64,000 bases of DNA, taken from the UHGV virus genome UHGV-0021337; one strand, 5' to 3'. Below are positions 57,197-64,000 of this stretch, one piece after another. The DNA is from a virus. The stretch's first letter is position 1; the number at the start of each line of letters is the position of its first letter. The position numbers and the translations under genes are program-made. Under the pieces are notes generated by a model, which saw only the letters and a program-made list of their open reading frames with translations, made no database searches and was not told the DNA's origin.

Positions 57197-57219
57197 TTCA
57201 AATGGAGGACAATTGAATA

Positions 57220-58341
57220 ATGATTATTAGAACTGAAAAATTACAGCCTGCTTGTAGTAAGTTACTTCCTGCAGTAGACTCAACCGCTATTGCAGAAATA
57301 ACCGATGTACTCGAGTTAAAAACTGTATGTAAGATGCTCTATATAAATGTTACGAATAGAGAGTATTTTGCACAAGTTAAAATTGAACTTGACGATGTTG
57401 TTGATTTCCACGCAACTGTTAGTGCAAACCTGTTTTTAAGACTTGTTGCTCAGATTACGACCGAAACCGTTGAGCTCAACATTTCAGACACAACTTTGAA
57501 AATGAAAGGTAATGGGTCTTATGACATTCCGTTGATATTTGACAACGACAAGTTGATGGACCTTCCAGCAATCGAAATCAAAAATCCGACTGCAGAACTC
57601 TCTGTAGACAGTGACATTCTTCAAAGCATCATGAACTACAACTCTAAAGAACTTATGAAGGATTTGATTCTTCAACCTGTTCAGAAAATGTATTACATTG
57701 ACCAAGAAGGTTGTATTACATTCACGACTGGAGCGTGTGTAAATAACTTCCATCTTGACCAGCCGATAAAAGTACTTCTTAATCAGCGTCTTGTTAAACT
57801 TTTCAAGTTGTTTAACAATGGCAAAGTTAAAGTAACTCTCGGTCATGATCCGTTATCAGAAACGATAATTCAGACAAAGATTAGATTTGAATCAGATATG
57901 GTTTGTTTAACTGCAATACTTTCGTGTGATGACGATATGGTCAATAGAGTTCCGGCAGTAGCTATCAGAGGAAGAGCTAATAAAAAATATCCGTACAATA
58001 TTACTATTAGTAAAGCTGAATTGAATGAAACGATAAACAGACTTCTTCTTTTCTCGAGCACAAGTACTCTTAATAGAATTAAAGCAGATAGTAAATTTGT
58101 ATTTGAAAATTCTTGTGTTAGAGTTTACGACGTTACTCAAGCAAATGTAGAAAAAGTTTACTATAAAACTGGTGTACTTCCCGAAGGTGAACAGTATGTA
58201 GCAACGTTTGACTTAAACGATTTAAAACACGCACTAGATAGCAGCGATGATGACTTCGTTACATTTGGTTTCGGAGACCACGCAGCTCTTGTAATTATTT
58301 CTAAATCAGTTAGACACGTTGTTCCGGAAGTAGCTGCTTAA
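57220..58341 (+). CDS. hypothetical protein (373 aa; weak sliding-clamp-like length and pattern)
   Basis: RBS GGAGGA. The length matches DnaN-type clamps, and there is a loose N-terminal resemblance (KLQPACSKLLPAVDS...). No firm motif. Confidence 0.3.
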   Translation: MIIRTEKLQPACSKLLPAVDSTAIAEITDVLELKTVCKMLYINVTNREYFAQVKIELDDVVDFHATVSANLFLRLVAQITTETVELNISDTTLKMKGNGSYDIPLIFDNDKLMDLPAIEIKNPTAELSVDSDILQSIMNYNSKELMKDLILQPVQKMYYIDQEGCITFTTGACVNNFHLDQPIKVLLNQRLVKLFKLFNNGKVKVTLGHDPLSETIIQTKIRFESDMVCLTAILSCDDDMVNRVPAVAIRGRANKKYPYNITISKAELNETINRLLLFSSTSTLNRIKADSKFVFENSCVRVYDVTQANVEKVYYKTGVLPEGEQYVATFDLNDLKHALDSSDDDFVTFGFGDHAALVIISKSVRHVVPEVAA

Positions 58342-58823
58342 TGGTAAATCGTGGTAAGCAGTGGGAAAAACGGTTTGAAGAAGATTGGCGGCGCTGTTAT
58401 CCAAACGGCGTCGTCATACGTATACCTGACCAACAAAGTGGATTAAGAGGCAGTAAAAATCTTTGCGATTTTATATGTTTTGACGGTGAGCATCTATACT
58501 TAAACGAGTGTAAGACTATCACAGGTAATACGTTCCCAATCGGAGGATTTACCCAGTTAGAAGCCTTGTTGCCCTATTGTAACTACCATAATATTCGGGC
58601 AGGGGTCGTAATATGGTATAACCAGCACAATCGTGTAGTTTATGTTCCTGCAAAAGCATTTAAGAAAGCTATTGATGACGGGTTAAAATCAATCAATATA
58701 AACAAGACTGATTTTGCGAAATACAGGATTGTTGAAATTCCTTCGATAACAAAAAGAGTTTTTCCAACGTGCGATTATAAAATACTACAAACTTTAGGAG
58801 ATGATTATGGAGAATGTAGTTAA
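58341..58823 (+). CDS. Holliday-junction-resolvase-like PD-(D/E)xK nuclease
   Basis: CDFICFDGEHLYLNECKT contains D...E.K. Confidence 0.5.
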   Translation: MVNRGKQWEKRFEEDWRRCYPNGVVIRIPDQQSGLRGSKNLCDFICFDGEHLYLNECKTITGNTFPIGGFTQLEALLPYCNYHNIRAGVVIWYNQHNRVVYVPAKAFKKAIDDGLKSININKTDFAKYRIVEIPSITKRVFPTCDYKILQTLGDDYGECS

Positions 58824-59361
58824 TCAAGATGATAAATTGATAGCAACATTAAACGAAACAGACGTTGCTACAGAACAACTTACACAGATTGCTGACCAGA
58901 TAGTTCAGTCATATTCTTACACATTAGATAATTTAATGCAAAGGATATATCAAGATATCGTTAGTAATAAAGACTCTTCAGACCAAACACTTGAAAAGTA
59001 TTTTCTTGAATTATCTAGCACTTTGTATTTCATAGGCGAACAGGTCGAGCACCTTGGCATAAGTAATGACTATGCAGAAGCAAATTTCAAAGAAAAGTTC
59101 AACCGTGCATATCTGAATTGTGCTGCAGAAAAAGACGAAAAAGGAAAGTCTCTTAGAACTGTCAACGAAAACAATGCATTAGCCGCTGAAAATTCAAAAT
59201 ATGAAAGTACTGTATCAAATTTACAGTCAAGAGCATTAGACCTACTTAAGTATAAAGTTACTTCTGCTCAGACAATGGTTGGCACACTAAGTAAGATGAT
59301 TTCGAAGAAGATGAGTGATGCATCGTTGACAATGACTTCAAGTAGAGGAACAGCTGAATGA
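58807..59361 (+). CDS. hypothetical protein
   Basis: RBS AGGAG 7 nt upstream of ATG 58807. Confidence 0.4.
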   Translation: MENVVNQDDKLIATLNETDVATEQLTQIADQIVQSYSYTLDNLMQRIYQDIVSNKDSSDQTLEKYFLELSSTLYFIGEQVEHLGISNDYAEANFKEKFNRAYLNCAAEKDEKGKSLRTVNENNALAAENSKYESTVSNLQSRALDLLKYKVTSAQTMVGTLSKMISKKMSDASLTMTSSRGTAE

Positions 59362-59882
59362 TAAAATTTGAAAAAGTTTCGTGGAACGAGTATCTTAGTT
59401 CATATAAAGAATTCGTGGAAATAAATTGTCTTAACAAGGATATCGACGAAACCGTTTTGAAAATTGAGTATGACTATATGAAATTACCGAAGCGTAGTAC
59501 TTCCGGTAGTGCTGGGTACGATTTCTTCGCTCCGTTCGCCATAAGTGTGCTTACTCATGATATGCCTGCTGTAGCGTACCCTACAGGTATACGTTTTGTT
59601 ACAGATAGAGATGATGTGTTTCTTGCTTGTGTACCCAGAAGTGGGTTAGGGTTCAAGTATAATTTAGCGTTAAAGAATACCCTAGGCATAATTGATGCAG
59701 ATTATCAAAACTCTGACAACGAAGGGCATATAAAAGTTAAACTTTCTGCACAAACTCCACTAACGATTGAACCTGGAAAAGCATTTATGCAAGGAATTAT
59801 CTTGCCCTTCCTTAAAACTGATGATGATTATTGTATAAATACTCGTAATGGTGGATTTGGTAGCACCGATAAACAAAATTGA
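59358..59882 (+). CDS. dut: dUTPase (trimeric type)
   Basis: SGSAGYDFFAP is motif 2. PRSGLGFKYNL is motif 3. GIIDADYQ is motif 4. Confidence 0.8.
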   Translation: MIKFEKVSWNEYLSSYKEFVEINCLNKDIDETVLKIEYDYMKLPKRSTSGSAGYDFFAPFAISVLTHDMPAVAYPTGIRFVTDRDDVFLACVPRSGLGFKYNLALKNTLGIIDADYQNSDNEGHIKVKLSAQTPLTIEPGKAFMQGIILPFLKTDDDYCINTRNGGFGSTDKQN

Positions 59883-59890
59883 GGTATTAA

Positions 59891-61036
59891 GTGGCAAAAT
59901 TAAGTGAACTTGTAACAATTGTTTGTAAAGAGTATAAAGATCAAAATCTAATTGTAAAAAGCACAGTCAATCCGAAGCATAGAAAATTAGCTTGTGGTGC
60001 ATTTGGAATGGACTATCCTCTGTTTGGAGGATTACCTTATGGTAGAATCTGTACATATTCAGGCCAAAATCATTCTGGTAAAACCACAGCTGCGTGTGTT
60101 GAATTAGCTGCATACCAGAGAGCTAACCCGGATAAAATGTGTGTTTACGTAGATGTAGAACACTCTCTTGACTTAAAATTCCAAGCAAATATGACAGGGT
60201 TAGATTTAGACAAGTTGTATTACATGAACCCAACGCAGCTTTCTGGTGAACAAATACTTGATGTTATCGTTGACTTGCAGAAAGACGCTGATGACATTGG
60301 TATGATTGTTTTAGATTCTATTCCTGCACTTCTTCCTGCTGATGTTTTAGAAAATGATATAAGTAAAGACGTGGGAATGAGAGGAACTATTGCAAAGCCT
60401 TTGCATAAATTCTTGATTGAAATGTCAGCATTGTTAAACAAACGCGATAACATTCTTATTCTTATAAATCAGGTCCGTCAGGTCGGAACTACGTTTACTG
60501 GAGCTCCGATATATAAAGAACCAGGTGGAGATGCTCCGAGATACTACTCTTCCGTTAGCGTTAGATTCGGCACAAGAACATTTACGCTTGGAGATAACGT
60601 GGATGCGTGTAAACCCGATGGTGAAGGAGCTGACGGGTTCAGGCTTAGATTTAAGATTGTTAAAAATAAGGTTTCCCCTTGCAATAGAGGTGGCGGATTT
60701 ATTACATTCAGATATTCTACAGGGCTTGATTGGATTCACGACTTACTCGAAATTGCAGTTCAGTTTGACTTCATTCAGCGTTTGAATAACATTACATATC
60801 AGTTGATTGATTTAGAGACTGGTGAGGTTTTGAAGGATGAAAATGGAAAAGAGCTTAAAGGTAAGAAAGCAGACCTTGTAGATTATATAAAAACAAATAT
60901 CGACTTCCAAGTTAAGTATTTGAATATGCTAACTAAATACATCTCTGCAGACGATACTTCTTACGGCTCTTTGCTTGACGAAAGAACTTCTAAAGAGATT
61001 GACCAAGAAGATGCTTCAGTTGATAGCGGTAAATAA
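59891..61036 (+). CDS. RecA/UvsX-like recombinase (GTG start)
   Basis: Walker A is SGQNHSGKTT. Walker B is MIVLDSIPAL. ILILINQVRQ corresponds to RecA IFINQIR. Confidence 0.8.
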   Translation: MAKLSELVTIVCKEYKDQNLIVKSTVNPKHRKLACGAFGMDYPLFGGLPYGRICTYSGQNHSGKTTAACVELAAYQRANPDKMCVYVDVEHSLDLKFQANMTGLDLDKLYYMNPTQLSGEQILDVIVDLQKDADDIGMIVLDSIPALLPADVLENDISKDVGMRGTIAKPLHKFLIEMSALLNKRDNILILINQVRQVGTTFTGAPIYKEPGGDAPRYYSSVSVRFGTRTFTLGDNVDACKPDGEGADGFRLRFKIVKNKVSPCNRGGGFITFRYSTGLDWIHDLLEIAVQFDFIQRLNNITYQLIDLETGEVLKDENGKELKGKKADLVDYIKTNIDFQVKYLNMLTKYISADDTSYGSLLDERTSKEIDQEDASVDSGK

Positions 61037-61038
61037 CA

Positions 61039-61416
61039 ATGGCATTTGGACTGGTTACAAGAGAAAAGAACGGTCAAAAGAAACCTACTCGATATTACAG
61101 TAGTAAACAAGAAAAAGCTGTAGCAGAGGCAACAGGTGGTAAACAAACTTCTAACTCCGGAGCAACAAACTTTGGAGGAAAGGGGGATGTTCTACTTCCT
61201 GGTCACAGCTTTCTTATTGAGTGTAAAACAAAAACAACTCCATCTGACTCTATATCGATTAGAAAAGAATGGATTGAAAAGAATGCTCAAGAAGCTGTAT
61301 TTGAAGGCAAGGCATATAGTGCTATTGCATTTAATTTTGGGCCAGGAGAGCGAAGTTACTACATAATCGATGAATTTTTATTTCAAGACTTACTAGAATA
61401 TAAGAAAAATAACTAA
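61039..61416 (+). CDS. second Hjc-like PD-(D/E)xK nuclease, paralogue of 58341-58823
   Basis: GDVLLPGHSFLIECKTKT has the same D...E.K layout and a similar N-terminal Gly-rich segment. Confidence 0.45.
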   Translation: MAFGLVTREKNGQKKPTRYYSSKQEKAVAEATGGKQTSNSGATNFGGKGDVLLPGHSFLIECKTKTTPSDSISIRKEWIEKNAQEAVFEGKAYSAIAFNFGPGERSYYIIDEFLFQDLLEYKKNN

Positions 61417-61424
61417 AGAATTTT

Positions 61425-61455
61425 AGAGCTAGCCCTTGTGACTAGCTCTTTTTTA
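61425..61455 (+). terminator. rho-independent terminator
   Basis: AGAGCTAG-cccttgtga-CTAGCTCT followed by TTTTTT. Confidence 0.7.
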
Positions 61456-61469
61456 TAGTATAACAATAT

Positions 61470-62603
61470 ATGAAAGATACGATTAAATGGTCACACAGTA
61501 AACTTGCAACAATTTTAAGCTGCCCGATGTCTTATTACTTGAATTACATACAAGGTATTCAACCTAAGAAAACAAAGCCTGCTTTTGAAATAGGAAGTGC
61601 AGTCCATTGGGGTATAGAACACAATACATACGACTTGAGGGAATACTACATTGAAGAAGAAGCACTTGGAGAAGAATTTACTCAAGAGCAGCTTCTTGCA
61701 CAAGCAATGGATTACTTTTATTTATCTTTTAAAGACAGCATCTATGGAATGATTCTATGTGACAATAAAACTGGTGAAAGATACAATTTATTAGAAGAAA
61801 AGCACGAAGGTTTTATGAATGCAAAGTTAGACTCTTATATAGATGAATTAGAGCCGCACAATTTCTTGGGAATTGTCGATTTGCTTTTTAGAACAGACAA
61901 AGGATTCATCATAATTGACTTCAAGACTTCTAGCGCAGAACCAGACTGGAGCACATATTTAGAACAGCTTTATAGGTACATATATCTTGTTAAATCTCGT
62001 TATCCAGATGTTCCTATTTTGAAAATAGGTATTGTAAATATTCGTAAAGCTCAGATATACAAAAGAAAGGATACGCCAAGTCAAGACTATTTTAACATTC
62101 TGTGCGAAGAATACTTTAAGCATCCGGAACAGTATTTAGACTATCATGAGTTTCCTACCGAAACAATAAACGAAAAGTTTATGGAAGAATATATAAAGAA
62201 TTTATCTCGAATGGTAGATACTGCATATACTATTGATAAAAACGCTGCTTGGTATATAAACTTTGCAGAGGCTGAGGGAAAATATGGAAAATCAGATTAC
62301 TATGATATTTTCTATAAAACAAAAAATGCGTATAAGAAATACAAAATAAAAGATAAAGTCTGGTCTGAAGAGAAACAAGCCCTTGTAAAGTTTAGAGAGT
62401 GTATTCCACTAGATATGGAAGTTATCGACAATAGAAAAATTGTAAATCATTATAACGATTATGTTAAACTAGAAAAAGAACATCCTGATAATTTTATAGA
62501 GTGGATTAAAGAAAATTACATCATTGACGACAGTCTAATTCGACTATATGAATTGACAAAATTAAAAATAAAAGAAAAGAAACTAGAGGAAGAACGAATA
62601 TGA
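61470..62603 (+). CDS. RecB/Cas4-family PD-(D/E)xK exonuclease
   Basis: The N-terminal region is SHSKLATILSCPMSYYLNY...GSAVHW. The catalytic region is IVDLLFRTDKGFIIIDFKTS (D...D.K). Confidence 0.55.
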   Translation: MKDTIKWSHSKLATILSCPMSYYLNYIQGIQPKKTKPAFEIGSAVHWGIEHNTYDLREYYIEEEALGEEFTQEQLLAQAMDYFYLSFKDSIYGMILCDNKTGERYNLLEEKHEGFMNAKLDSYIDELEPHNFLGIVDLLFRTDKGFIIIDFKTSSAEPDWSTYLEQLYRYIYLVKSRYPDVPILKIGIVNIRKAQIYKRKDTPSQDYFNILCEEYFKHPEQYLDYHEFPTETINEKFMEEYIKNLSRMVDTAYTIDKNAAWYINFAEAEGKYGKSDYYDIFYKTKNAYKKYKIKDKVWSEEKQALVKFRECIPLDMEVIDNRKIVNHYNDYVKLEKEHPDNFIEWIKENYIIDDSLIRLYELTKLKIKEKKLEEERI

Positions 62604-62914
62604 TAAGTAAAGAACTATATGACACTTCCACAAGATACGCTTCTGATGGGTATAGTTTTAAAGCAAACAACACTGAAACTCTTCTAAGAATGATTAAACT
62701 TGAAAGAAAGCATAGAGACGTTCTTGATGTAGTTGAAGATAAGCTAATGGAAATTAGAGATACAGACTCAGAATCTATTCATTTTGATTGTCCTAAGACG
62801 GATTATGAAGAAGTCAAAGAAATGCTGAAGTGGTATAGATTTGGTTATTATGATAAAAACATTAAAATAATAAGTAAAGATACTTTTACTTATGATGTAG
62901 AATTATTTGTGTGA
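62600..62914 (+). CDS. hypothetical protein
   Basis: ATGA-coupled ORF. Confidence 0.4.
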   Translation: MISKELYDTSTRYASDGYSFKANNTETLLRMIKLERKHRDVLDVVEDKLMEIRDTDSESIHFDCPKTDYEEVKEMLKWYRFGYYDKNIKIISKDTFTYDVELFV

Positions 62915-62923
62915 GGAAATAAG

Positions 62924-63181
62924 ATGTTAAATAAATCAACAACTATTAAACTAATAACTCAAATTCGAGCTCTTGATAAGTTAGAGCAAAATATATCTAA
63001 GTTATTTGATTGCAGTATAAGTCAAGTAATGTCGAACATAATCGATGAATTATCGGCTGCACTTGAAATTGGATTTGATGTTAACTGGACCGACGAGTTA
63101 TATGATAAGATATATAACAAAGATATTTCGGAGTATGACTTGTATGATACTCTATGTCAGTTAGAAGAAGACGATATATGA
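62924..63181 (+). CDS. hypothetical protein
   Basis: RBS GAGGAAA. Confidence 0.4.
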   Translation: MLNKSTTIKLITQIRALDKLEQNISKLFDCSISQVMSNIIDELSAALEIGFDVNWTDELYDKIYNKDISEYDLYDTLCQLEEDDI

Positions 63182-63393
63182 AAAACTATAAAGTTGTGTC
63201 TGTGATACTGCCTGTACTTAAAAATAAAGAATTAGCGTTAGAACAGGTATTAACCTACTTGGAAGAAAAACTATCAGAAGGTTTCAAAGTTGAACAAATA
63301 CTCGTGTATACAGATAAAGAAATACAGTTGTTGTGTTCAGAAACCGGATCATATCATATAGAAGATGATATCTTTTTTAATCATTTAATTTAA
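63178..63393 (+). CDS. hypothetical protein (start revised to the ATGA-overlap ATG at 63178)
   Basis: ATG 63178 overlaps the stop of the previous gene. Confidence 0.35.
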   Translation: MKNYKVVSVILPVLKNKELALEQVLTYLEEKLSEGFKVEQILVYTDKEIQLLCSETGSYHIEDDIFFNHLI

Positions 63394-63454
63394 TTGATTC
63401 ATTTGTTAAAATATCTTACAATATAGACATAAAATAAATTGGAGGTGTTCTTAG

Positions 63455-63793
63455 ATGAGAACCAAATTAACGGATTTTGAAGTAGACAAAAAGGTAAGAC
63501 TTGCTTATACGCAGTATGACAGAAAAAGAAAGCTTTCTGACAGGAATGTTGAAACGATTAAACGTAATCTTATGAAAGGCAAAAAGACTATTGCTCAACT
63601 TGCAAAGAAATACAAGGTTACGGAACATACGATTCGTTATAACATAGATCCTGAATATCGTCAGAATGCCATCAATATTCGTAGCGGTAAACATTACGGC
63701 GAAGGTCATATAACTGTCGAGAACAGAATTGCGTATAAAAGAAAACTTCTTAGAAACAGAACTTATCTCAGAAAAGTAGGAGTTAGAGGTTAA
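63455..63793 (+). CDS. basic HTH-like DNA-binding protein
   Basis: RBS GGAGGTG. KKTIAQLAKKYKVTEHTIRYNI is a helix-turn-helix-like segment. Confidence 0.4.
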   Translation: MRTKLTDFEVDKKVRLAYTQYDRKRKLSDRNVETIKRNLMKGKKTIAQLAKKYKVTEHTIRYNIDPEYRQNAINIRSGKHYGEGHITVENRIAYKRKLLRNRTYLRKVGVRG

Positions 63794-64000
63794 TGTTAAC
63801 TACCGAACAGATTGAACAAAATAAACAAACATTTATAAGTATACTTCGTTCTATAAACAGAGAAGGAGCAAACATCGAAGGAATGATCTATAAACTTGAA
63901 CATTCCGACTTCTTTGACGCTCCGGCAAGCGTGCAGTATCACAACTCCTTCAAGGGAGGACTTTGTCAACACTCTTTGAATGTACGTAATGCTTTATTTC
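63793..64000 (+). CDS. HD-domain phosphohydrolase-like protein (3' partial, open to the window end)
   Basis: PASVQYHNSFKGGLCQHSLNV fits the HD/YhaM-like pattern (H..F.GGL..HSL.V). There is no stop before the window end. Confidence 0.35.
   Translation, partial: MLTTEQIEQNKQTFISILRSINREGANIEGMIYKLEHSDFFDAPASVQYHNSFKGGLCQHSLNVRNALF

Noticed and set aside
57220-58341. Confident call as DnaN-type sliding clamp
   Set aside because: Only length and a loose N-terminal pattern match. No conserved clamp motifs could be verified by eye. It is left as hypothetical at low confidence.
1-64000. CRISPR arrays, tRNA genes, integrase/att sites, transposases
   Set aside because: No spaced direct repeats, no cloverleaf candidates in intergenic gaps, and no tyrosine/serine recombinase or transposase motifs were seen. 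This is consistent with a virulent phage.

Overview
The window is one contiguous stretch of a virulent, myovirus-like Caudoviricetes genome. It is AT-rich (about 35% GC by eye) and every credible gene lies on the + strand. Ribosome-binding sites are of the Firmicute AGGAGG type, and promoters are of the extended -10 TGTATAAT type. I recognised about 90 features. The layout is as follows. (i) 1-27.5 kb: virion module, containing the portal, a free-standing HNH endonuclease, a protease/scaffold, the major capsid protein, neck proteins, sheath, tube, chaperone, tape measure, and a P2/Mu-like baseplate (X-LysM, D, V, W, J, I). (ii) 27.5-48.4 kb: DNA-metabolism module, containing a beta-class DNA methyltransferase, SbcD/SbcC, two metallophosphatases, a peptide-deformylase-like protein, an SNF2 helicase, a DnaC-like loader, a DnaB-like helicase, a DnaG-like primase, a gp32-like single-strand binding protein and a proofreading PolA-type DNA polymerase. 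(iii) 48.4-57.2 kb: an accessory island that I interpret as a candidate DNA-hypermodification module. It holds a YhhQ/COG1738 queuosine-precursor transporter preceded by a preQ1-I-like RNA element, a DpdA-like (tRNA-guanine transglycosylase-fold) protein, and a tri-domain protein made of YG repeats, a Vsr-like nuclease and a methyltransferase-like domain. It also holds very AT-rich small genes and an SDR plus family-2 glycosyltransferase pair. (iv) 57.2-64 kb: recombination and nucleotide module, containing two paralogous Hjc-like nucleases, a dUTPase, a RecA/UvsX-like recombinase, a RecB-family exonuclease and a partial HD-domain protein. One structural-module gene carries a full-length intein with an HNH/NUMOD3 endonuclease domain. 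I saw no tRNA, CRISPR array, integrase or att site. All functional calls rest on motif recognition by eye. No database search was run.
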